Shown here: piece by piece, positions 49,000 through 62,500 of the stretch
Position numbering within the stretch: the first letter of the stretch is position 1
Layout of the letters: each line of letters opens with the position of its first letter
Assembly (NCBI RefSeq): GCF_031769215.1
Contig: NW_026782393.1
Span: 434,001 to 498,000, forward strand
DNA: 64,000 bases
Source: Ylistrum balloti
Taxonomy: Eukaryota
Direction of reading: 5' to 3'
Translations under genes and position numbers: made by a program
The notes under the pieces: model-generated
The model's database searches: none
Told to the model about the DNA's origin: nothing
What the model saw: only the letters and a program-made list of their open reading frames with translations

Positions 49000-49860
49000 T
49001 CATTTATCATACAACTGGCTATTTTGGATAGTTATTGCCCCAACGATTTATCTCTGTAGATTCAACTTTTTATACAATGGTAGTGTAAGAGATGGAATTT
49101 ATACTATGTTTATGTTGTGTTTTGCAAAAGCCTGCTGGCAACCAATGTTTAAACCAAGACTGCTCAATTTGGCTTGTGATGTAAATCCTTTGTCAGCCAT
49201 CAGTGCATTACATTTTTCAATATATATTAGCATCAAGTAGTTTCTGCAACAAAGAAAAACAATCCATTCTGAGATGTTGTTTCCAATTCTGACAAGGATC
49301 CAATGAAAATATTGCTCACAATCACCAAATCGAGTCATTGGGTCACAAACTACAAGTGTTTTTAGAGAAGAAGATTTATGATATATATATATGATGTAGT
49401 AGTATTTCTCCACCAGTACAATACTTTCCTGAGTGTCATCAACTGATGTCCCCATTGCTGTCTTTGTGAAATTGCTTGACCAGCATTGTTTCCCTGTAAA
49501 AATAAGATAACAAAAAATAAATTTATCAAGATAAGATTAAATGTGATTTATAAACTAATCAAAAGACAATTAAAGCAGATATAATTTCCGAAGATTGATC
49601 ATTCACACAATGGATGAGACTTTTTTGTCAACCATTTTGATATATTAATATGAACTATTTTGTGTAATTATGAACAGTACCTATTAAAACTCCTGTTATT
49701 GTACCCCATTTCTTAATGTAAAGTGCAAGCAATAGAATAAAACAACCTAATATTGAATGTTTATGGTGTCCACAAATTACCTTTCACAAGAGGATCATGT
49801 TTTCCATTTGAAAATTTGAACATGGACTTTAAAATCAAATTTAACAGATCTCAAAGTAAA
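49000..49860 (-). mobile_element. Decayed ISL2EU/PIF-Harbinger-like (DDE_Tnp_4) transposase with an apparent spliceosomal intron
   Basis: Motifs SVDDTQE..VLVEK (cf. IIDCTEIFVEKP), LKTLVVCDP and ALMADKGF. Donor gaaag|gtaatt at 49780 and acceptor ttttacag at 49494. Confidence 0.7.
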
Positions 49861-49928
49861 AAATGAAATATGTATCATTTGATAAGAAATATTTGTGAAA
49901 TGTAATCGAGTACATAAACATGTTATAA

Positions 49929-50608
49929 TTTAACTGTACATGTAAGCTGATGTACAGGTGTTTGGAATTCTGACTGACAAGTACGGTTTTAAATTTAACT
50001 GTACATGTAAGCTGATGTACAGGTGTTTGGAATTCTGACTGACAAGTACAGTTTTAAATTTAACCGTACATGAAAGCTAATGTACAGGTGTTTGGAATTC
50101 TGACTGACAAGTACAGTTTTAAATTTAACTGTACATGAAAGCTGATGTACAGGTGTTTGGAATTCTGACTGACAAGTACAGTTTTAAATTTAACTGTACA
50201 TGAAAGCTGATGTACAGGTGTTTGGAATTCTGACTGACGTGTACAGTTTTAAATTTAACTGTACATGTAAGCTAATGTACAGGTGTTTGGAATTCTGACT
50301 GACGTGTACAGTTTTAAATTTATCCGTACTTGAAAGCTAATGTACAGGTATTTGGAATTCTGACTGACGTGTACAGTTTTAAATTTAACCATACATGAAA
50401 GCTGATGTACAGGTGTTTGGAATTCTGACTGACAAGTACAGTTTTAAATTTAACTGTACATGTAAGCTGATGTACAGGTGTTTGGAATTCTGACTGACGT
50501 GTACAGTTTTAAATTTAACCATACATGAAAGCTAATGTACAGGTGTTTGGAATTCTGACTGACAAGTACAGTTTTAAATTTAACTGTACATGAAAGCTAA
50601 TGCACAGG
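49929..50608. repeat. 65-bp minisatellite, ~10.5 copies
   Basis: Unit tttaactgtacatg[t/a]aagctgatgtacaggtgtttggaattctgactgacaagtacagttttaaa. Confidence 0.97.
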
Positions 50609-53029
50609 AATTCTGATTGTGAATTTAAAAACATACAAAATGTACATGTAATTAAGTGATATCCTAATTATATATTTTTCAGTTTACAGTCAGAAATTCA
50701 AGCACCTGTGATATAGTGAGTTGATTTAGATAATGATCAGGTCCTCAAATTGTACCTAGTTACGGTGCAGTACAGAGCAATGACAGCCCACCTTTATCTT
50801 CTTCTTCATTTTGACCTGTATAAGGTCTGGAGAATTGGCTGTACATTATTACATCGTCCTTAAATCAGAGCAAGTGGGTTACTCTCGTCAGAAATGTTTG
50901 TTTACACTAAATCTCCAAATGCTATAGATAAAAACCCAGGAAATCATGCTTTTGTTGCTCATCCTATCAAAACAGCCTGTTATGCTGGCCCTGTGTTTGC
51001 TGTTTTCAACATTTTCGATCATCAAATATGACATGTTTGATGTTTGTAACACAAGAATACTCTTCCAAAAATTGGCAGCATAACTGGATCAATAGCATGA
51101 TATGGGCCTTAACATACTTTGGAACAAAAAACTTGTTTATTGGTGTTTCTTGTAATCATTTGTGAGTTCGGTCTTCCACATGCCTTCAATCACCTGCACT
51201 TTTTTCTAAGATTGTTTTGGTTTAGAGAGAGGATGAAACACCAAATTGTTTAGCATTATATCAAGTAACCTTCTGTCGCTGATGCAGGTTCCCCATTATC
51301 ACATTTTCACCATTGTCAGATTGGTTTCGTTTGTTTCTCTCGCTGCTCAAGTCCAACGAGTTGTTGGCAGTAATGGATGACAATCACACTCCGATTCTAA
51401 TTGACCAGATTCGTTTAACAACCGCGTTGCTAGTCACAACTTGGAAGGTGAATACATTAATGATGTACAACCCTATTCCAGGTTATCTCTCTCATATGAC
51501 ACAAATGTACATGTGATATTGAATTATGTATTAGTGAATTCATTATTCGGAAGGTACCGCGGTGAACTTATGCTTAAGTCCAACGTTTGTCGTCAATAAA
51601 TTTCTTAAAATAACATTATTCCTTTATCACTCTCACTGCAATTGAAATCAATTCATTAAAATTCTTTTGATTAACTTTTTCTATGGAACTAAGCAATTTG
51701 TTGTTAAAATTTTTAACGGGGAAGAAATGTCCTGCTTCATCAAGTTTAGTTTCCGCCTGGTTGACCAGATGAGATAAAGATAGTTATTTATGTATGTTGT
51801 ATATATGCTTCCCTGTATCCTACCACTGTACAGCTATAGCCAAATCTATACATCAAGGACATCGGGCCTTCAATTTTGACTTCCTCTTTTTTACAGATAT
51901 GTACAGCAAATTTCAGTTTCTTGATGCAGTCCCAAAGCCTTACTAGACATACAAACTGGTTCAAGGATAGGGTTTTTCAAATCTAATAATTTTAGGTTAC
52001 ATGGGTGACTTAAAGTTCAAAAACAGATTCTTATTCTTAAGATATGATTTTCTTTATCTTTTTTTCAGCTATAAAAATGTCAGAAACATACCAGGAAATA
52101 TGATGTTCATCATTATGAAAAGCTGTTAGTTTGTTATCCACAGGAATCTCTATAGTATTAGCCTGCAGGAATAAAAAGGTAATCACTATTACACGTTACT
52201 TTTTTTGATAATTAATATCACAACAAAGATTTAATCAATACAACAGAGATAAATCTACTTGTATGACTAGAAAAACATATTGATATTTATTTTTGCTGTT
52301 TCCTGATTTTTTTTTCATTATTTCAATTTAAAAGAATTAAACAAATGAAGTTAAGCTGACTATACTTTTGTTTCTGTAACCTTGGTATAGATTTTCGGTA
52401 TCATGCACTTAAGCCCCTCCCCAGATACATGAGGGGTGGAAATTGGAAAGATAAATGCAAATATCTAACTCAAGGACTTTGTAGTTTATGTAACTTCATG
52501 GGTTGCCTCTTCCAGAAAGTAATGGGCAGATATATATGTCTACATTTTGAGCGTGAGACCTTGAGGAATATTACAGTTTGGTTGGTTATGAAATATTTTG
52601 TGAGCTTCAATGTGATGTTATTCATACTGAGCAAATTTCACTGTAAAGTTTGCCTTAATATCATAGTTGTGTTGGTGCAGTTTCATTGGTTGAATGAAAA
52701 TAATGTCATTTCAATTTGGATCCCAGGGGATGTTAAACACAAGATAGACAGCAAGATAAGACAGTACAATTAGTGGTTGCACTCAGCTGACAGATTGACA
52801 AATAAAATGGCGTGAGAAACAGTTTTTTTTTATTTTGTAACTGAAAATACATTTAAAGAAAGTCATGCACTGTTCAAAATTTTGTAATTTCCTTTAACCA
52901 ATGAATCGGTGATGAGAAAAATCAATAGATATAAATGTATTGTTTATTTCTTTGTGATTTAACAGATTGTTTTTATGTTTTACTGCATTTGTCCCCCCAA
53001 CCACTCTCCATGAATAGCCAGGGTCATTT

Positions 53030-53200
53030 TAGGCATGGAATTTAGAAGCTGGTGCTACCTCATTGAACAACATACTGGAGGCCCATAGCATAGCAACCTG
53101 AACAAGTCGTTAAGATAATGTATGTGTCTTGCTTAAGGACATGACCATGACAGCACAGATCAGTTCATTTCTCAGCTTCCTGAGAAACAAAAACCTGCAC
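53030..53200 (-). mobile_element. SINE fragment (same family as the 55061 copy)
   Basis: Reverse complement has catgtccttaagcaagacac and atgttgttcaatgagg, similar to 55195-55285. Confidence 0.5.
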
Positions 53201-54125
53201 AGGAAGTGAACATTGAAACACATACCTCAGAGCTAAATACCTGAGTTTAGGCAGGTCAACACTTTTAACTAAATGAATTATGTTATAAAGTGTAATTTCC
53301 CATAACCGATCCTTCACAAAATTTATCTCCTCTTGAAACTGAATGAATTGAGGATGTACACAATGACATTCTCTTTATTATCCCTCATAATTCGGAATAC
53401 TGGTCCAATTTTATATCCCAAACCATTTAAGCATTACTTCTGAAAACCAGCCTACAATATTAAGTACTTTCAGTTATTTGACTTGAAAATCAATTAGGCA
53501 TGTGCCCTTTTGGACAAATGGACCCTTCAATAGGTGACCAGGTTCGACCATGTGTAACATTGGTCAGTCAGACCAACATGACCAGGCCAATGTGTTGTCA
53601 CAATTTGTATTCATGTCTAATTTTTTTCTTCTCACTTTGCAAGAACATTTTTACTGTGTGAAGTTTCTTCTGTATTCAGTTGTACAGGTACAATATCGAT
53701 GCCCAATGCAAACAGAAATTTTAATGTAGGGTACAGCATGGAATTAGATCTGCAATTATATTCAAGTCCAGATCAGTGAGCTTCCTTAACACCTGTTGTC
53801 GTCTGAATGGTCAGTTTGGAAAAGATCGCTGTAATTTAAATGTTAAAAAAAAATTAGCCTAGATGTAAATAAATTTTATAAAACAATCTTTTTAATAATG
53901 AACCATTGCAATAACATAACATGAGTTCCTGGGATGGAAATGTAATTTGGCAATTTTGATAATATTTTATAGATTTTAATTTTTGACCACTTAGTACAAT
54001 AATTAGTTTTGTGAAAAGCATTAAATTCATTTGTTAAAATCTGTTAACTTAAAGTTGTTGTGATTATATTGAAGAAAATATACTAGATTAGTGTTTGTCT
54101 TTACTATCCTATTATCATACCACAC

Positions 54126-54390
54126 ATCACCAGGAAAGCTGTATTTATCATGAAATAAGGGAGATGGGCCCAGGACAGAACAATATCATATTGTCATTCC
54201 ATATATCACCAGGCAAGCTGTATTTATCATGAAATAAGGGAGATGAGACCAGGACAGAACAATATCATATTGTCATTCCATATATCACAAGGCAAGCTGT
54301 ATTTATCATGAAATAAGGGAGATGAGCTCAGGACAGAACAATATCATATTGTCATTCCATATATCAACAGGCACAGGACAGAACAATGAT
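54126..54390. repeat. 79-bp tandem repeat, ~3.3 copies
   Basis: atcac... recurs at 54126, 54205 and 54284. Confidence 0.95.
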
Positions 54391-55060
54391 ATAATTCTTG
54401 TGATTTCTGATAAAACTGCATTAGATGTGGATTGACATTTTTGAAATCTTGTTATAAGATATGTTAACATCTTATATCATAAAGAAAAAAAAGACCCTTA
54501 TCACCCATAAAACAGCTTTGTATTTACAAGATGTTAACATATTTCCACTGGTATATAGCCATTATCAGGACAAGGATACTTTTATAGGTTAAAAATGGGC
54601 GTTCATACATCCCATAATGATTCATGTCTGTGATGATCACTTTACACATGTACTGAAGATCTTCCTTTAAAAATACCATACACACTATAGATTGCTGTGT
54701 TACCACTGCAATTACTTTGGTGAATTTCTGTTGACACAAACGTAGTTCAGATTATTGTAATGTGTTGTCTGTTTCTCTATTTTAACTTTGATATTTTTAA
54801 TGACTTTGTAATTTAATTTTTGATTGCTGCTTCTTATCAGATACAGTCTAGTTGGTAAGTATTTACCAGGGTGTTTATTTGCTATATAATCACTATCGTT
54901 AAAGATAGTGTAAAAACCAAGTAATTAAATCTAATTGGCATATATTTAAATGGTTATAAGTTCATAATGAATTTTTTCGAAATTGATCCATTAACAAAAC
55001 ATGATGTTGCTTTTTTCTATGAACGCAATACTATATATTACTATAGGGAGGGGAAGGAGA

Positions 55061-55365
55061 GGGACGATAGCTCAGTGGTAGAGTGTTGACCTACATAACC
55101 TTAGGTGATGACACAGGTGCACGGTTCACTGTGCTCAGTAACAATGATATTTGTTTTTCTGTGGAAGCTGAGAAACAATCTGGTTTAAACTGCCATGGTT
55201 GTGTCCTTAGGCAAAAAATATTTCACTCCTATTGCTGTTGATGGCTTGGGATGTGCTTCCTACGAATGTTGTTCATTGAGGCACATGCTGCTACAGGGAG
55301 ACTGTACCTCAAAGTGACCCTGGCTATTCACATGATGAGGAATTCATCAAACAAAACCACAAACA
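55061..55365 (+). mobile_element. tRNA-derived SINE
   Basis: A-box head gggacgatagctcagtggtagag, core gtgtccttaggcaa, A/C-rich tail; no cloverleaf 3' half. Confidence 0.65.
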
Positions 55366-55495
55366 TTACTTTATTCAAAAGATTTTTTATCTTATAATTT
55401 TTAAAAATTTATTTTTTTATTTCATACATAACAAAAATACCAAACAGCATACATACCTGCTATCACACACCAAATAATATACATGCATAAGGATG

Positions 55496-55636
55496 NNNNN
55501 NNNNNNNNNNNNNNNNNNNNNNNNNNNNNNNNNNNNNNNNNNNNNNNNNNNNNNNNNNNNNNNNNNNNNNNNNNNNNNNNNNNNNNNNNNNNNNNNNNNN
55601 NNNNNNNNNNNNNNNNNNNNNNNNNNNNNNNNNNNN
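55496..55636. other. Assembly gap (141 N)
   Basis: Run of n in the sequence. Confidence 1.
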
Positions 55637-58600
55637 AATCATCATCATGAGGAGATAAAAGATGGTGTTTGATAATGATGACATAGGGTATACAGATGAA
55701 CTATCCAAAGTATTTTTATTCTATATATAGAGAATACATGGTCAGTGTATTTTGGGAAGGGTGAAGATAGACAAAAGTGGCAATCTTCTGGTAAGCTCTT
55801 CTCACAAGCCAGAATGAAGCTAATATTTTAAGACACTGGTCAAGTATTCTATTTATCATGTAACATTGATTGAAAATAAGATCATCAAAACTTCAACAGT
55901 TTTCCTGTTCAATCTTTGTGTACCTCATGTAGATTTTACCCGGAATTTTGCCTGATGACAGACGCCAACATAATTGCTCCGCATGGAAAAACAGTTCCTA
56001 ACTTCAATGAATATGGCAAAGATTTCATGATTTTTCTTAGATATATTTTATCATTAAAACATTTAAAATCACTTATTTCAACAGTTGTTTATATTGTTAA
56101 ACCATATATTAAAGTAAATCTGTCAAATTCATGCATGTATTAAAATATGTTTGTCTTCCGACCCTGCCAGCAAAAAAATATATGGTGAGTGTATTCTGAC
56201 AGTGGCATTGCCTGTTACAGGTAAAAAAGATCAAGATCATGTCACGTGGTCTCCCATTCTTATTGAAATATAAAAAGAATAAAACATTTATGTATTTGAA
56301 ACATATTGTTGTCATAAAAAGCTGGGAGCTTGAATGACAGTCTCAAAAAGTAACACATTAAACTGAAACCGATGGTAACAATGGGTTGCATGACAAACTC
56401 CCTGACAGTACAAATGCTTTTTGTAACATGAATACTTGAGGCCGGGAATTTGATCTCTGTTTGTGACCGGTGAGAATGTCATTTTTAGGTCAGTCAGAAG
56501 TTCATTACTACGGTTTCCAGGTCAAGTTTGATTTCATAGTTGTTTTTCACAAATATTCATATTGTCATTTAAAAAGAAAAATGAAACAGGTTTTTTTTCA
56601 TGCATGAGTTTCCAGTAAATCAGGAGGACCTCTTTATGTTTCAACCTTATTGTCATTTGTACAAGAAAAAACATTGGACCTCTGTGTCCTTTTATAGGGG
56701 GTTTTAGCTCAGCTGACCAAAACCTCATGCCATTTTACCCTGTGTTTGGGGCACATTAAGGGGTCAAAAATTGGTTAAGTTTGAGGCAAATTAAAATTGT
56801 TTTAAAGAAATAAACATTTCTATTTAGTATTAAATTACACTTGATTATTGACATTACAAGATCATATCTCAGTATTCAGAATTACAGCAAATGGTGATTA
56901 ATAACTCTGCAGATATTCATAGTGATTATATTAAGTCGTCTGCAGACAAAGGACCTTTTATATACAACATCCTTTAACTTTGGTGGGATTGATGAAAAAA
57001 AAAAAAAATATGTCTCCATTTTGGCTCAAACGCAAGTGACCATTCACTCACAATTAAGCCAAATACTCTTTTTACTTGACAAAAGGAATTTTCCCAATGG
57101 CAAGGCTTATAAGGTGACCTGTATTCTCTCAACTCCTTCATTGCTCTCTTTTTCACAAGTTTTTACCTCCGAGGACAACAATAACCCAGGGTCCAATCTC
57201 TAAGGAAACATATCAGTCTCCTATAGCTTACTTGGCGCTGTCAGTATTACCATATCTGCAATCGGAACAAATACCAAAAAAATGTCCTTTCCTCTCTGTA
57301 ACTTAACTAGTGACTTTTCAATTACAAAGCAAATACTGCTTGACTGAGGAAATTTCCCACGAGCCGAGTCTTGTAACCAGGTGACCTAAGCTTTCCATTT
57401 CTACACTCTTCCTTCTTTAAAAGTCTTCACTTCTATAGACTATCACAACTTAGGTTTGATACATTTGTATCTTAAGTAAACGTGCTCTGCCTCTGCTGGT
57501 GCTCAAACTAGCAACCTTTCATTTGCAAGTTAAACATTCTCTCCCGCTGGACTAAACAGAACTTTCCATTATACCCACCACTTCTACACATGTATGATCA
57601 ATTTTGCCTTGATGGTTCATATTATCACGTGAACATCCAGATTGTGATTCATTTATGAAACTATAATAGATATAAGAAAAAAAATGAGTAAAAAATTCAG
57701 ACATTCAAAACAGGTCCTTTCAATATATATATATTACTGATGTTTGATTTATCAGAGTTTACATATAAAGAGAATAAAAATGAATGTTTGAAAAAAAATC
57801 ATCTTAATCAACATATAATCAGCTTTTTTTCAGTTCACTGTTACTGATATTATATGCCAAAAGTACATTACTGCTTAATCGGGGCTGGGCTTATTGAAGG
57901 ACAATGAAATAACTTTTGTCATCCTTTCCACTCATCACTCAATAAGGCATGGACGGGTTTATTACTAAACCTGCATTGATTGGCTCCATATTTAAAGTAG
58001 GTTCTAATAGAATGGCTGATCAGGTAAAAACAGCCAAGCTAAACCCATAATGGGATGACAGATTCATTATCTGATTAAACTAAGCTGTGAGAATTACTTT
58101 ACAATCACGCATCCTTGTTCATCATCTGTGCATAGTAACAAGTCGGTATCAGTCCGGTAGTTATGTGAAATCAGATATTTTTCTGTGGATGAAATTTCAG
58201 CGTTTTCAGAAAATTGCCATTTCTTTGACACATGATTTTTATTGATTTATGATATTAAAAAAATCAACTAAAATTCATGTCACTGTTTAGTAGTTTATAT
58301 TTCGTAGACTTAAAAAATTAATTGTCAGTTGTAAGAATTCGTAGATCAACAATGAAATACAAATTCCATTAAAATAAAACAAGCACAGAAAGGAATGATG
58401 TACAGTATCACACTGGCAGTTTATCGTTTAAAGGGACATCACGATAAAAACATTAATTTTTGTTGTTATTGATCGTACGTGTTCCATTTATGTGTCTATA
58501 CTGTCCTGATACTCTCAGTTGATTTCCAATGTCCAGTTTGACCACTTCTGTGATTCGGGGAAACCCCTCTAAAATTTAGCTCTGTTAACATTACATAATA

Positions 58601-59299
58601 GATTTGAAAACAAGGCAAAACATGAGCACATGATGATGATCAGAGTAGTGGCACATTAATAGAAATCCCTTTTTTCAGGACCAGATTTTTGTTATAGGTG
58701 TGGCAAATGATATTTGATAACACTAAGTGTAAGAATTATGAAATAAGTGACATTAATTGCCAACATTGTCACAACGGATTCAGGTGGGAATCCATTTTTA
58801 TGCTCTTATGGGAAGCGTATAGTTGTAACATCTGGTAATTTATTGACAAGTTGTGCCTGCCTGACAACAGTAATAGATGTTGTTGAGCCTCACTCTCGAG
58901 TTGTTGTCATGTCTGACGGTCTACGAGGAAACATATTTATAAGAAATACGACGAACACAACAATAGTCACTACCTTGTCTGTCCATCTGTCTGTTTGTCT
59001 TTCTGTCTTGGTATATATTTATAATGATAAAAAAAATTAGAAAAAAAAATTAACGTGATGTTGCTTTAAAATATCTTCTGCACAACTGTTCTTGTAAGTT
59101 TGATATCTTCCATGGAGGTGTATTTCATGTAAGAATTTTAAGATTAAATGTGGCAGCTGTGGTTTCTGATTGGCTGAGACAGTTGAGCCTGTAAATTTAA
59201 TTTTATTGAACCAGTTTCAAATCATGGGGAATACATTTTTTGTCAATTGAAAGATATTTAAATCAGTTTTCTGTTTCCCATTGGCAGAGAAATTTGCAA

Positions 59300-59500
59300 C
59301 AGCCCCTGTAATAGTGACAGCTATATCCTGTGTCACATTTGTGTAGACATTTTTTCCCAGTCCCTGTAATAGTTACAGCAATTTCCTGTTTCACACTTGT
59401 GGGGAAATTTGTAACCAACCCTTTAATAGTTACAGCAATTTCCTGTTTCTTGTTTGTGGAAAATTTTCTGACAATTCCTGTAATGGCAGTTTCCAAGTTT
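59300..59500. repeat. Degenerate ~58-bp periodic repeat (cctgtaatagttacagcaatttcctgtttc), probably MITE interior
   Basis: Motif recurs at ~59304, 59362, 59420 and 59477. Confidence 0.6.
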
Positions 59501-62500
59501 ACCTCTTTCAGACTCATTTTCTAAATATTGTAAATGTTATACAGCATTTTTCAATAAAAAATTGTTCAACTTATAACTGAGTTCCTATATCTATACCACT
59601 ATATATAGAAAGTATTAACTTCTAGCATTAAGTTTATCACACATCTCCATGCTCTTATTCAATAAGATTATACGGACTTTACAAATGAATATGTGTATCA
59701 TAGAATGTCACACCGGAATTATTTTGCAAAGATTAGCATGTTCAGTGGGATTTTTTGTTTATTTTTATTTTTTCGAAATCACAAAGGACATCGATGTTGT
59801 AAATGTACTAAAGGATTGCAGTCTTCTTTACAGTACCTTTGTTGTCATGGAGATAATTTTTATAAAGAATCTCTCAGACTTGCTCGGATATCAGAGAGGC
59901 TATCATGTATACACAGCCATGGAAGGCTCGGTTTTTTGTTTGGAGTGTAAATTATCTTTATATAAGTAAATTGTGTATTGTAACTTATGTAATTTACCAA
60001 ACAATCTTGTGAGAGAAATAGCTAGCATATTTATATTATCATAGACTTTATAGAAATTTTCTCACTTAGGTACTATCCTTCTCTTAAGTCTACATTATGA
60101 AAAAGTGTTAAAATGGGATGTCTCTCTTGAAATCATCCAGTCGTTAAAAATTGAATAATTGAATTTTCACAATTTTTCCAAACTTGATGACACAATGGAA
60201 GAATCTCATCTTTTATTTTTATTTGTTAAAATTTGTTAAAATTTTTCTGAGGTAAAAGATGACTGTTTCTATTGTAATATTATGTGTTGACTGGATCTTA
60301 TAAGTAGTTGATAAACAAACTTTATATATCTTCAGGGTTTTTTTCACTGGTTTGGGATGGAGCAGTTCTACTTGATTTGAGGCAGAAAATGAGTGAATTT
60401 GGAAGGAAAGTTTGAGGCATAAATTTTAAAAAATTGGCTAATACGAGTATCTTTAATAATTTCAGTAGGGCCAATAAATGAGGCCAATTATTTGAAACCA
60501 AAAAGTCTCAAAAATGCCCTGATCTTGATCATTCTTTGTTCTACTTGAGGCTATACACAAAAGCATTGCACTCATTCTGATTTTGGTATAACGTTGCTAA
60601 AATTACTTTTGATTTCAACAGTGATTTATCGGCTTACCTGATCTCTTAATGTTTTTTCATTACTTCTATTTAGCCAGTATTATTTGCCATTACTGAAAAC
60701 AGAAAAAAAAAATCATTTGTCTGGAATATTTCTCACTCTTTGAAGAAACTGTTTGTTTTGAACTTGCCATCCCTAGTAAAAAAATTTGATCAAACTTATA
60801 AAAAAATTACATCTTAGTTTAACATAAAAATTTAGGTCAATTTTTATCTTTACCCTTATTTGGCAAAAACTTCCATATTGGCGAAAGATAAATTGCAGAC
60901 AATGATTTCCCGTTGTATAATAGTGAGCATAAATGGAGCTCCACAGAGGCTGCTTCAAAGCAAACCCTTAAAATGATATTTGCAGAGTAAAAAATTTCAT
61001 GCAGTCTATCAGTCATGAAGTTGTTGTATGAATGTGGAAAGTCCCAATAGTATGTTTTGCCTTTGGCAGATAGCAACATGGCGGACATAGAAAAAAAAAC
61101 CCACCCCAGAACCCCTCTGTGAATAGGTATTCAGACAACCTCCCCGCAATTAATTTCATGAAATATTTTATCAATAAATTAGATAGTAAATGCGCCTATG
61201 AGACGGTTCTACATTTGTGCAACCTGCTTTACTATCATTCATATAACGATATTAATTTACTTGGCACTGACAACTTATACAAAGCCAGGTATCATTGTGT
61301 TCAGGAAACAGATGTTCTGATTATTGTACAAGTTTTTTTGGTTTGAGTAGGAAAGTACATTGGTGAAGCCAAGGTCAAAGAACCAGGGTTTCACCACGAG
61401 TGGGAAATATGTGGGGGAAACAAATCGATTTAAAGACAGATGAAAATCAATGAATTTAATTAATCACGGTAATGAATGGCACCAAGATCAGACACAAACA
61501 AAAGAAATGATATTATCCGTGAACATTCATTAGCCAAATGTTTTAGGTTCATTTGTTCGGCAGTTCTTCAATGTTATACTGTACCATATTTACCAGGTAA
61601 AAATCCAGAGGATTATTACATTGAAAATGAGCAAAAATCAAGGAAGAGCTTTTCTATATTCTCAACAGTTTAGTCTTTGCCTTCACATGTCAAAGATTTC
61701 TTGTCTCACCTAGGTTTCCGAGGAGGGAATTCCGCTTTCATAATTACATTTTTTGTACGATGTCATTCATATTCCATCAATGTTTAGTGGTGGGACAGTA
61801 ACACATATATAAGAGAAGCAAAGGGGTAATAGAAAAATAACCATTTATCCTTTTCTATATGAGATCTAAATCCTTATGAAAAGAAAATTAGGTCAAAAGT
61901 GCCAACTTTATTATCTTCCCTGCTGGGTTGAGATTCCTACGAGAAAGATTCAATCAATGACTCGATCAGTATGCACAGTAGGCCAGATTTTTAGAAAGTA
62001 GTAAAAGCTTAATACATTATAAGACAACAGTTGCCTTTCAGCTTTAGGAAAACATGTGACAGATATAGGTTACTGTGACTGATTATTGAAATGCCAAGAA
62101 TAATTGCTCGTACTTATTGTGACCATTTAAGATCGAGGAATGTAATGGATATATTTCAAAATATGGAATGATATTTTAAAATGGATATTTGTAATTATTC
62201 ATTAAGCTGACTATTCGCTGTAGAACTGGAAAGATGAAGATACATATAACAGTTTAACTGGTGGTCAGCTGGTAATTTGTAATCTATGACAGTGTCTGGA
62301 GTGAAGTGTATTTCCAGCTCAGATTAATATCTACTTTCGTACAAAACTGTGTATGTGATATCAGAGATGAGGGTCAGTACTTCACCAAGATGTTCATTTC
62401 ATGGTCAATTATTTTGTAGTGAAAAGGCAGGTGTGTTTTATGTTGTATACAGATGAAGCTTGACCAGGGATGGTCAGTCAGGTGTGTGATAAACTGTCTA

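Noticed and set aside
48575-52068. Strong acceptors at 48576, 51896 and 52068 as RDH10-like exon 4
   Set aside because: In the required phase each gives an early stop or a peptide with no similarity to SDR16C C-termini.
55061-55140. Possible tRNA gene
   Set aside because: Only the A-box/D-arm is tRNA-like. There is no T-arm or acceptor stem, and it continues into a SINE core.
56970-58200. Minus-strand stop-riddled peptide fragments resembling DNA-transposon accessory proteins
   Set aside because: Similarity is too weak to name a family without a database search.
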